Assembly: GCA_963708505.1 (NCBI GenBank)
Contig: CAVPST010000002.1
Location: 149,287-213,286, forward strand
Origin: an uncultured Thermoleophilia bacterium
Lineage (GTDB): Bacteria; Actinomycetota; Thermoleophilia; Gaiellales; Gaiellaceae
Direction of reading: 5' to 3'
DNA length: 64,000 nucleotides
Part shown: positions 1 to 8,636 of the stretch, in pieces
Layout of the letters: the number at the start of each line of letters is the position of its first letter
Numbering within the stretch: the first letter of the stretch is position 1
Notes under the pieces: model-generated
Database searches by the model: none
Told to the model about the DNA's origin: nothing
Seen by the model: only the letters and a program-made list of their open reading frames with translations
Made by a program: the position numbers and the translations under genes

Positions 1-1437
1 TCGTAGAGCGCATCACGAAGCAGTGCCGCGTTCTTCGGATCCTCGGCGAGCTTGAGGTGGAACGACGCGGACTGGGGGAACTCGAGCGTCAGCGTGTTGC
101 CGTCGAGCGCCGCGGGATGGGCTTCGCCGAGCGTCTTCCCGATCGGGATCGAGCGTTGCTCGACCGCGGGGAGGATCGAACGGCGCCACGCCTCCTGCAG
201 CTGCCCGAGGCCGACCTCGGCCGGTGCGTCGGGAGCGCTCGGGGCTGGTTCGGCAGGCGGGCCGCTCGGGAGCCGCCGTGGTCTCGACCGTCGGCGACGG
301 TGCCCCCTGCTCGAGGCGCTCCAGGCGAAAAGCCAGCGACTCGCGTGAGAGATCGACCGCGGGCCGGGTCACCTTGACGAGCGCGAGCTCGAGCGGCAGC
401 CGCGGATCTCCGCCCTGGCGCATGTCGTCGACGGCAACGGCCAGGAGGTCGATCAGCCTGATGACGGTCGCCTGCGGCATCTGGTTCGCCTGCTCGCGCA
501 GACGCTCGCGACCCTCGTCGGTGACGGGCAGCGAGTCGGGAACCTCGTTCATGTGCTGGACGAGGAGCAGCTGGCGGAGGTGCTCGAGCAGGTCCGTGAC
601 GAGCCGGCCCAGGTCCTGGCCGCGTGTCGACAGCTCTTCGAGGAAGACGAGCGATCCCGCCGTGTCGCCGTCGACGACGAGATCGCAGAGCCGGAAGAGC
701 GCCTCGTCCTCGACCGCGCCGAGCAGCTGCAGCACGTCCTGCATCGTGATCGTGCCGCCCGTGGCCGAGGCGAGCTGGTCGAGCGTCGACTCGGCGTCGC
801 GGTAGGCGCCTCGCCCGCCCCGGGCGATCAGCGCGAGCGCGCCTTCAGGCACGTCGATGCTCTCCCCGTCGGCGATCAGGCGCAGCTTGCGCACGAGCTC
901 GGGCAGCCGCGGGCGCTGGAAGACGAAGGTCTGGCAGCGCGAGCGCACCGTCGGCAGCACCTTCTGCAGCTCCGTCGTGCAGAAGATGAAGAGCAGGTGC
1001 GGCGGCGGCTCCTCGATCAGCTTCAGCAGCGCGTTCCAGGCGGCGTCCGTCAGCTGGTGCGCCTCGTCGAGGATGTAGACCTTCGAGCGGCCCTCGACCG
1101 GCTGCAGCACGACCCGCTCGCGGATCTCGCGGATGTCGTCGATGCCGCGCTGCGACGCGGCGTCCATCTCGATCACGTCGAGCGACGTGCCGTTCGAGAT
1201 CGCGACGCACGCATGGCAGGTGTTGTCGGGCGCGGGCGTCGGGCCGTGCTCGCAGTTCACCGACTTGGCGAGGATCCGGGCCAGGGAAGTCTTGCCCGTG
1301 CCGCGCGGCCCCGCGAAGAGGTACGCCTGGCGGACCTTGTCCTGCTCGATCGCGTTCGTGAGCGTGCGCACGACCGCTTCCTGGCCGACGACCTCGGCAA
1401 ATGTCTGCGGGCGGTACTTGCGATAGAGGGCGGTCAC
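1..1437 (-). CDS. dnaX: DNA polymerase III subunit gamma/tau. It has a frame break near 262-275, and the C-terminal domain continues in another frame off the left edge.
   Basis: N-terminus MTALYRKYRPQTFAEVVGQE, Walker A GPRGTGKTS, ILDEAHQL box, SRCQ sensor. After ...VETTAAP the listed frame turns Arg/Pro-rich and stops at 13. A second minus-strand frame reads PPAEPAPSAPDAPAEVGLGQLQEAWRRSILPAVEQ...TLTLEFPQSASFHLK through to position 1. Confidence 0.9.
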
Positions 1438-1458
1438 GAGACGATTCTCGCAGAAGGC

Positions 1459-2058
1459 TCAATGCGCCCGCTCGCCGGCCCGGATCGGCACGGCGAGGCG
1501 GTTTCCAGGCGGCGCCAGCGGGCACACCCAGCGGGGGTCGTACGCGCACGACGGGTTGTAGGCGAAGTTGAAGTCGAGCACGAGGCGGCCGCCTTCCTCG
1601 CCCAGGTCTGCCCCCTTGACCGTGTCCAGGAGGTACCGGCAGGCGCCGTACGTCTCCCGGCCGCTCGTCGCGTCGGCGAACGAGAGGAAGACGCCGCCGC
1701 CGTACCCGTCGAGCCAGTAGAGGTCGAGGGTCTGTTCGCCCTCGAGCTCGAACCGGGCTCGTGCGAACCGGGTGAACGAGTACGGCTCCTCACCCGACGT
1801 CGCGATCTCGCGATGCTCGCGCTCCGCCGGCTCGACGGTCGCGAGGACGCGGAACGCCGGGTCGTAGTCGTAGAGCGGCAGCCCGGAGAACGCGGCTCGC
1901 TGCGCGACCGGGAGCGGCGACTGCGCGTGGGTGCGGAACAGTCCGTCCCGGGCCTCCCGCCAGCGCTCCCAGCCGGCTCGCGGATCGGCGTCGGCGCGGA
2001 TGTCGGCGTAGAGCTGGAAGATCTGCCGCTTCCAGTCGAGCAGGGTCAGCTCGTCCAC
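1459..2058 (-). CDS. DUF1684 domain-containing protein
   Basis: 199-aa ORF. The core ...GACRYLLDTVKGADLG...LVLDFNFAYNPSCAYDPRWVCPLAPPGNRL matches what I recall of DUF1684 proteins. The family call is from memory. Confidence 0.7.
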   Translation of the reverse strand: MDELTLLDWKRQIFQLYADIRADADPRAGWERWREARDGLFRTHAQSPLPVAQRAAFSGLPLYDYDPAFRVLATVEPAEREHREIATSGEEPYSFTRFARARFELEGEQTLDLYWLDGYGGGVFLSFADATSGRETYGACRYLLDTVKGADLGEEGGRLVLDFNFAYNPSCAYDPRWVCPLAPPGNRLAVPIRAGERAH

Positions 2059-2075
2059 GCCGTACAGTCTGGCTG

Positions 2076-3143
2076 ATGGAGATCGAGACGCCGGCTCTGC
2101 TCGTCGACCTCGACCGTCTGGACCGCAACATCGGTCGCTGGCAGCAGCTTGCCGACGACGCGGCTGTTCCGCTCCGCGTGCACGTGAAGACGCACAAGGT
2201 GCCCGCGATCGCGCAGCGACAACTCGCCGCCGGGGCGCGGGGGATCGTCTGCGCGAAGGTCTCCGAGGCCGAGGTCTTCGTCGATGCCGGCTGCGCGGAC
2301 GTCGTCGTCGCCTACCCGGTCTTCGGAGCGGCCAAGTGGCGTCGCCTGGCGGCGCTCGCGCAGCGGGCGCGGGTCGGCGTCAACGTCGACAGCGAGGAGG
2401 CGATTCGAGGCGTGGGCGCGGCGGCCGAGGCGGTGGGCGCGACGGTCGAGGTGTACCTCGACGTCGACGTCGGGATGCATCGCGGAGGCGTGGCTCACGA
2501 CCGCGTGGAGGAGCTTGCCTCACTGGCCGCCGTCGCCGAGCGGACGAGCGCCGTCGAGCTTGCCGGCGTGACGACGTACTCGGCCGTCGGGGATCGCGAC
2601 CCGGAGGCCTCGGGCCGTGAGGAGTCGGAGCGCGTCGTCGCGGTGGCCGAGGAGCTTCGCCGGCAAGGGTTCGAGATTCGGGAGGTCGCCGCCGGAGGCT
2701 CGGTCTCGGGGCGCGCCGTCGCGGTCGCGCCTGGCGTGACGGAGCTCCGCGCGGGCGCGTATGTCTTCTCCGACCTGACGCACGTCGAGTCCGGCGCTGC
2801 AACCTGGGACGACCTCGCGCTGACGGCGCTCTGCACGGTCGTCAGCACCCGCCGGCCGGGCGGAGCAACCGTCGACGGCGGGCTCAAGACGTTCGGCGGC
2901 GACCATCGTGCCGCCCGCGGCTACGCGAGGGCGCTCGACCGCGATCTCACGCTCGACCGTCTCAACGAGGAGCACGGCCTGGTGATGGCCGGTCCGGGCG
3001 AGACCGTCGTGCTCGGCGAGAAGATCCGGTTCGTCCCGGCGCACGTCTGCACGGCCGTGAATCTCGCCGACGAGCTCTACGGGCTCCGAGGCGACGAGGT
3101 CGAGGTCGTCTGGCCGGTCGCTGCACGCGGCAAGCGGGTCTAG
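2076..3143 (+). CDS. PLP-dependent enzyme of the D-serine dehydratase-like / D-threonine aldolase family (alanine racemase N-terminal fold)
   Basis: 355-aa ORF. It has PALLVDLDRLDRN at the N-terminus and the PLP-lysine context LRVHVKTHKV. Its stop TAG at 3141-3143 interlocks with the stop of the convergent gene. Confidence 0.72.
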   Translation: MEIETPALLVDLDRLDRNIGRWQQLADDAAVPLRVHVKTHKVPAIAQRQLAAGARGIVCAKVSEAEVFVDAGCADVVVAYPVFGAAKWRRLAALAQRARVGVNVDSEEAIRGVGAAAEAVGATVEVYLDVDVGMHRGGVAHDRVEELASLAAVAERTSAVELAGVTTYSAVGDRDPEASGREESERVVAVAEELRRQGFEIREVAAGGSVSGRAVAVAPGVTELRAGAYVFSDLTHVESGAATWDDLALTALCTVVSTRRPGGATVDGGLKTFGGDHRAARGYARALDRDLTLDRLNEEHGLVMAGPGETVVLGEKIRFVPAHVCTAVNLADELYGLRGDEVEVVWPVAARGKRV

Positions 3144-3794
3144 GACACGAGACTGACGACGAGCAGGACGACGCCCAGCGTTCCGAGCAGCAGCGGGAAG
3201 AGCGTCGGTGCGTAGCGGATCAGCGGCTCGCGCAACGCGGGCGGCCAGCTTCGCGCCCCGCTCGCCCGAGATGACGATCACGGCGAGCAGGGCGAGGAGC
3301 GGAGCGACGAACACGACGTTGTAGAGGAGCACGTAGGCCAAGCGAGGCCAGAGCGCTGTGGGCGCCTTCCGTGACCGCGATCAAGGCCCCGAAGTAGGGG
3401 AGCGCGGTCGGCAGCTCCGCCGCCATGATTCCCGCGCCGATCAGGAACGCCGAATTGCCGGCCTTGCGCCGGTCCTGGGCGAGGCTCCGCGGCGACACGG
3501 GCTCGCGTCCGCCAGAGGATCGCGGCGACGACGATGAGGAGCACGCCGACGGCGGCCTCGATCAACCGCACCGTCCGGTGACTCGGATGCGAGACGACGT
3601 GCAGGAGCGCGCGGCCGGGTCCGAAGACGAGCACGAGTCCCGCCGAGGGTCGAGACGACGAAGACGCCGGCGGTGAACGCGGCCACATCTCGCCGCGCGT
3701 GACGGCCCAGCGCGTAGAGCAGCGCCGGGAGCACCGTCGAAGGATTGAGCGCGTCGACCACTGCGACGGCGATGACGAGTCCGAGGAGCAGCAC
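3140..3794 (-). pseudogene. GAP-family (DUF2910/Sap-like) membrane protein, split over five frame segments as sequenced
   Basis: One membrane protein can be followed through five frames:
- frame of ORF 3441-3794: MLLLGLVIAVAVVDALNPSTVLPALLYAL
- frame of 3278-4252: GLVLVFGPGRALLHVV...VGVLLIVVAAILW
- frame of 3220-3498: AFLIGAGIMAAELPTALPYFGALIAV
- frame of 2520-3341: AYVLLYNVVFVAPLLALLAVIVISGERG
- a fifth frame ending VLLVVSLVS-TAG at 3140
The breaks lie near 3640, 3495, 3345 and 3235. Confidence 0.6.
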
Positions 3795-3820
3795 CTTGCG
3801 CGTGAGCTTCGCAAACAGCG

Positions 3821-4937
3821 TTGGGTAGCGTGCCGCCCGTGCCGGTCCGGATCCTCATCCTCACCGCCAGCGTGGGCGAGGGGCATGACCGCCCCGCGCG
3901 GTGGCTCGCCGAGCAGCTGCGGTCCGAGCGACCGGACGCGACCGTCGTCGTCGAGGACTCGCTCGCGCCCATGGGCCGTGTCGTGTCGGCGATCGGCGAG
4001 GGGGCGCCGCGCGTCATCTTCTATCGGCTTCGGTGGCTCTGGGACCTCGGCTTCTGGGCCTTCACGGGCCCCGGCGCCGACCCGGGCGTTCGTCCAGTGG
4101 CTGCTGACGCGATTCGGCGCTCCCGGCCTGCTCTCACTCATCGAGCGGGAGCGGCCCGACGTCGTCGTCTCGGTCTTCCCGCCGGCGACCGAGGTGCTCG
4201 CGCGGCTCAGGAGAACGGGACGGCTCACGGTCCCGGTCGTCGCCGGGATCACCGACGTCGCCGCGCTCGACTACTGGGCGAGCCGCGGCGCGGACGTCCA
4301 CCTCGTCACCCAGCCCGAGGCGATCGCCGAGGTGCGCCGGATCATCGGCCCGGATGCTGCGGTGCACACCGTGACCGGCTTCACCGACCCGGCGTTCTAC
4401 ACGCCGCGGTCGCGCGCCGAGGCGCGGGTCGGCGCTCGCCGTGCCGCCGGGCGCGACGCTCGTCGTCGTCTCCGGCGGAGGCTGGGGCGTCGGCGACGTC
4501 GAAGGGCGCGATGGAGGTGGCGCTGGCCGTTCCCGGGACGACCGTGGTCTGCCTGACCGGACGGAACGACGAGCTGCGCGGCGCTGCTCGCGGCCCGGTT
4601 CGACGGCGAGCCGCGCATCCAGATCGAAGGGTTCACCGAGGCGATGTCGGACTGGCTCGCCGCCGCCGACGTCCTCGTGCATTCGACCGGCGGCCTCACG
4701 GTCTTCGAGGCGCTGCTCCGCGGGTGTCCGGTCGTGTCGTACGGCTGGGGACGCGGCCACATCCGGAAGCACAACGAAGCGTTCCTCCGCTTCGGGCTTG
4801 CCGAGGTCGCGCAGACGAGGGCGGAGCTGCGAACCGCGATCGAGCGCGCCATCGCAGGCGGCCGCACGAAGACCTCCGGCTTCGACGACCTGCGCTCGGC
4901 CGCATCGTTCGTGCTCGCCGCCGGCGATGCGCGCTGA
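3821..4937 (+). pseudogene. Glycosyltransferase (MGDG-synthase-like N-domain plus GT28-type C-domain), with about four frame breaks as sequenced
   Basis: The protein can be followed through these segments:
- VRILILTASVGEGHDRPARWLAEQL...FYRLRWLWDLGFW (3821 frame)
- FVQWLLTRFGAPGLLSLIERERPDVVVSVFPPATEVLARL...ITDVAALDYWASRGADVHLV (3699 frame)
- PPGATLVVVSGGGWGVGDV (4441 frame)
- AMEVALAVPGTTVVCLTGRNDEL (3821 frame)
- MSDWLAAADVLVHSTGGLTVFEALLRGCPVV (4644-4937)
The breaks lie near 4080, 4435, 4505 and 4580. Confidence 0.72.
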
Positions 4938-5626
4938 CCGGCTCGCACTCGCCGCGCTCGCGGCCTGGTGTGCGCCGGCGGCGGCGCCGGTCGTGCCCCG
5001 CATCTCGCAGGCTGATCGGCGTTCCGACGACCCTGCCGGACGGGCGCGGGATCGCGCTCACATTCGACGACGGCCCCCATCGCGACGGGTCCGCCGCGGT
5101 GCTCGAGCTGCTGCGAGACGCCGGCGCGGTCGCCACCTTCTTCCTCGTGGGCGAGCAGGTCGAGAGGATGCCGGCGCTGGCGCAGGAGATCGCTGCCGCC
5201 GGTCACGCGATCGGGATCCACGGCTACCGGCATACGCTGCTTCTGCGCCGTACGCCTGGAGCGCTGCGCGACGACTTCGCTCGGGCCGCCGACGTGATCG
5301 GGAGAGCCACCGGTGTTGCCGCAACGCTCTATCGCCCGCCGTACGGCGTGTTCAGCTTCCCCGCGCTGCGGCTGGTCCGGGAGCTTGGCTGGACGCCGTT
5401 CCTGTGGTCGCGCTGGGGCCGGGACTGGGAGCGGCGGGCGACGCCGGAATCGATCGCCGCGCGTGCGACGCGCAACCTGGGTGGCGGCGACGTCGTGCTG
5501 CTGCACGACGCCGATCACTACAGCTCGGCGGGCTCCTGGCGCGGGACCGTCGCGGCAGTTCCGGCTGTGCTCGCCGCGGTCTCCCAGACGGGAGAGCCGC
5601 TCGTCGCGCTCAGCCAGTCGAGGTAG
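4927..5626 (+). CDS. Polysaccharide deacetylase (NodB homology domain)
   Basis: It carries the motifs LTFDDGP, HGYRH, RPPYG and VVLLHDADH. A likely signal peptide MRADRLALAALAAWCAPAAAP starts at ATG 4927 in the 4441 frame, but the catalytic domain is in the 3821 frame. This implies one frame break near 5000-5015 or an unrecognised internal start. The ATG overlaps the glycosyltransferase stop. Confidence 0.8.
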
Positions 5627-6501
5627 CGGACCAGGCCGTCGGCGAAGCTCGTCTGCGTGCGCCAGGCCAGTTCTCGGGCGGCGCGCTCGCCCGAGATGCG
5701 AGCGATGTGCACGTCGACCGGCCGCTCGGGGCCGTGGACGATCGGCACCTCGGCGACGAGCTCCCGAACCGTGTCGGCGATCTGCCGGACGCTCGTCTGC
5801 TCGTCGCCGACGAGGTTGAACGTACGGTTGGCCGCGCTCGGCTGCAGCCCGGCGACGATGCCTGCAGCCAGGTCTTCGACGTAGACGAACTGCCGCGTCT
5901 GCTGTCCGTCGCCTGCGATCGACAGCGCCTTGCCTTCCTTCGCCCTGTCGACGAATGCAGGCACGACTGCGGCCAGACGCGCGCGCGGGCCGTAGGGGAT
6001 GCCGAAGCGGAGGACCGTGTGACCGATCTCGTAGAGGTGCGTGTACGAGCGGCAGTAGAGCTCCCCGGCGAGCTTCGTCGCGGTGTACAGATGCGCGGGA
6101 AGAGCGAGCGGGCTCTCCTCGTCGACGACTCCGTCGACGGGCGCGTTGCCGTAGACCCAGACCGTGCTGCCATAGACGACGCGGTCGATGCCGGCGTGGC
6201 GGGCCGCCTCGAGGATCATCTGCGTGCCGTGGACGTTGATCCGGTCGGCCCGCAACGGGTCGGCGACGACGTCGTTGACGTCCGCGACCGCGGCGAGGTG
6301 GATGATCGCCTCGCAGCCGCGCGCTGCGCGCCACGCGGTGTCTCGGTCGGCGATGTCGCCGATGACCGCCTTGACCTCGGTCGGCGGGTGGTGCGCCGAC
6401 GCGGTGAGGTCGAAGTTGACCGGCTCGTGACCGTCTGCGATCAGCCGGTCGAGCACATGCGAGCCGATGAACCCCGACCCGCCCGTGACCAGGACTCTCA
6501 C
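5518..6501 (-). CDS. NAD-dependent epimerase/dehydratase (UDP-sugar 4-epimerase-like SDR)
   Basis: Rossmann motif VLVTGGSGFIGSHV and catalytic YTATK. A GTG start at 6501 gives a 4-nt GTGA overlap with the upstream aminotransferase stop. The ORF-track start at 6555 lies inside that gene. Confidence 0.85.
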   Translation of the reverse strand: MRVLVTGGSGFIGSHVLDRLIADGHEPVNFDLTASAHHPPTEVKAVIGDIADRDTAWRAARGCEAIIHLAAVADVNDVVADPLRADRINVHGTQMILEAARHAGIDRVVYGSTVWVYGNAPVDGVVDEESPLALPAHLYTATKLAGELYCRSYTHLYEIGHTVLRFGIPYGPRARLAAVVPAFVDRAKEGKALSIAGDGQQTRQFVYVEDLAAGIVAGLQPSAANRTFNLVGDEQTSVRQIADTVRELVAEVPIVHGPERPVDVHIARISGERAARELAWRTQTSFADGLVRYLDWLSATSGSPVWETAASTAGTAATVPRQEPAEL

Positions 6502-7502
6502 GCGGGCACGCCGATCGCAGGCCGGCCGACGGGCCGGTAGTACAGCGGGACGCACCAGTGGTTCTCGGCGACCCAGTCGCTGACCGGGAGGTCGACGTGG
6601 TGCCCGAGGAGCCGGTGGCAGGGCTCGTCGTAGACCTTCCCCGTCGACCGCTCGATCGGGTCGAAGACGATGTACTTGTAGAGGCCGGAGGTCATCCCGT
6701 CCGGCAACTCGATCCGGTTCGGGTGGTGCGGGTCGAGCGACTCACGCGCGATCGCGTTCTTCCACTCCGTGATCTCGTCCATCCGCTCGACCCCGACGAT
6801 TCCGAGCGCGGCGGTGAACTCGTTCATCCGGTAGTTGAGCCCGGGCTGGGCGTAGTCGGGCTTCCCGTAGTTCCGGAAGCCCTGGGCGAACTCGACGAGC
6901 GCGTCATGTGGAGAGACCAGCATGCCTCCCTCGCCGGTCGAGATCGTCTTGGTCGCCGCGAACGACCAGATCCCCGCGTCGCCCCAGGTCCCGGCGCGCC
7001 GGCCGTTCCACGACGCACCGTGCGCGTGCGCGCAGTCCTCGATCAGGACGATTCCCTCGGACCGGCAGTAGGCGGCGATCTGCTCGACGTCGAACGCGAG
7101 GTGGCCGCCGATGTGGACGAGGAAGACGGCATGCGGACGGTGCTCGTGGACCTTCCGCTCGAAGTCGTCGAAAGACATGCACAGGTCGTGCCGGTTGCAG
7201 TCGACGAACTCCACGCGGCCGCCGGCCGCCAGCACCGCCAGGGGCGTCGCCATGAACGTGTTCGACGGGCAGAGCACCGTCCGCCCGCGGACGTCGAAGT
7301 ACTCGAGCGCGGCGAGCGCGGCTCCGGTCCAACTGTGCGTGGCGACAGCGGGCAGGCCGTTCCACGCGCCCCATGCGTCCTCGAATTGCCGCGTCAGCGG
7401 GCCGTCCGACCACTGCTCCGCGTCGAGCGCGGACTCCCACAACGCGTGCAGTCGCGCGCGGTCGCGGTGGTCGAAGCCGATTGCGAAAGAGTCGAAGTCC
7501 AT
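6498..7502 (-). CDS. DegT/DnrJ/EryC1/StrS family aminotransferase
   Basis: It has PSNTFMATPLAV, DCAHAHGA and the PLP-lysine context SFAATKTISTGEGGMLV. I prefer the start at MDFDSF (ATG 7500-7502); the alternative is 7556. Confidence 0.85.
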   Translation of the reverse strand: MDFDSFAIGFDHRDRARLHALWESALDAEQWSDGPLTRQFEDAWGAWNGLPAVATHSWTGAALAALEYFDVRGRTVLCPSNTFMATPLAVLAAGGRVEFVDCNRHDLCMSFDDFERKVHEHRPHAVFLVHIGGHLAFDVEQIAAYCRSEGIVLIEDCAHAHGASWNGRRAGTWGDAGIWSFAATKTISTGEGGMLVSPHDALVEFAQGFRNYGKPDYAQPGLNYRMNEFTAALGIVGVERMDEITEWKNAIARESLDPHHPNRIELPDGMTSGLYKYIVFDPIERSTGKVYDEPCHRLLGHHVDLPVSDWVAENHWCVPLYYRPVGRPAIGVPA

Positions 7503-7637
7503 GGGGGTCAAGGAGTAAAAGCTGCGGGACGCAAGCGCCCCGCGAGAACGAACCACAACAATCCTGATGGGTTTCTGAACGGTAAACGAATCGCGGCGTC
7601 GAATGTGGCTGGATGCATACCCCCCTCAGGGAGGGAA

Positions 7638-8594
7638 ATGCGCAAGAGGTTGCTCTACAGTGCCGACCACCACGCCGTCCATAGGGGGTTCAAAGTCGTG
7701 AGATCGAAGGTTCTGCTCCTGGCCGTCTCGGCCGCTTTGCTCGCCGTCTTGCCCAGCGCGGCGTTCGGCCGGGCTTCGCATGCCTCGGTCAACAGTCAGA
7801 CGTACACGGACTCGACGGGCGAGGACCCGAACGCGCCCGACATCACGGGGATCACCGTCTCGAACGATGACGCCGGGTTGATCACGTTCAAGGTCAACAT
7901 CAGCAACCGGCCGACGATCACGCCCGACATGACGGTGCTGCTGTTTCTCGATACGGACCAGAAGGCGACGACGGGCGATCCGCAGAGCCTCGGCGCGGAC
8001 TACGCGATCGAGCTCGACCCCGGTGCCGTCGGTCTCTTCCAGTGGAACGGGAGCGACTACGTCGCTGCGGCGTCCCAGACCTCGCTGACCTTTGCCTACG
8101 ACGCGACCGGCGCCACGATCCGGGCGAGCGCCGGCGACCTCGGCAAGACGAAGGGCTTCAACTTCGCAGCGATCGCGATCTCCGGGATCGTCACCGACGC
8201 GGCTGGGAACGCCGACTTCACGAACGCGCATCAGGACAGCGCGCCGGACCCGGGCCACGGGTTCTACAACTACAAGGTGATCCAGAAGCTGACCGTCAGC
8301 GTGGTGGCCTTCACCACCTCGCCCAAGCCGGCGAAGTCGGGCAAGAACTTCTCGGCCGGCCTGGCTGCAAACGAGAGCGACACGAGCGGCCCCGTCAAGG
8401 CGGGGACCATCGCCTGCAACGCGACGGTCGGACTGAAGCACATCACGCAGCTCGGCAAGTCACTGAAGAACGGCATCGCGGTCTGCCTCTGGCATCTGCC
8501 GCCGACCTCGAAGGGCAAGACGATCCGCGGCACGGTCACGCTGACGGTGCAGGGCGTGAAGGTGACGCGGAACTTCACGGCCAAGATCACGTAA
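7638..8594 (+). CDS. Secreted hypothetical protein with no family recognised
   Basis: This is the 3-prime part of ORF 6558-8594, whose upstream part is antisense to the aminotransferase. ATG 7638 follows GGAGGG. The alternative GTG at 7698 gives the signal peptide VRSKVLLLAVSAALLAVLPSAAFG. The mature part is rich in Thr, Ser and Gly. Confidence 0.6.
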   Translation: MRKRLLYSADHHAVHRGFKVVRSKVLLLAVSAALLAVLPSAAFGRASHASVNSQTYTDSTGEDPNAPDITGITVSNDDAGLITFKVNISNRPTITPDMTVLLFLDTDQKATTGDPQSLGADYAIELDPGAVGLFQWNGSDYVAAASQTSLTFAYDATGATIRASAGDLGKTKGFNFAAIAISGIVTDAAGNADFTNAHQDSAPDPGHGFYNYKVIQKLTVSVVAFTTSPKPAKSGKNFSAGLAANESDTSGPVKAGTIACNATVGLKHITQLGKSLKNGIAVCLWHLPPTSKGKTIRGTVTLTVQGVKVTRNFTAKIT

Positions 8595-8636
8595 CGGAGC
8601 GGCCCACGCGGGGCCTGGCGTTCGCGTCGGGCCCCG

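Noticed and set aside
5518-5626. A 109-bp overlap of the convergent 3-prime ends of the deacetylase and epimerase genes
   Set aside because: Both C-terminal tails beyond the conserved domains look like chance read-through in stop-poor sequence, for example the epimerase tail ...TSGSPVWETAASTAGTAATVPRQEPAEL. There is no evidence of functional antisense regulation. It is worth noting only as an annotation caveat.
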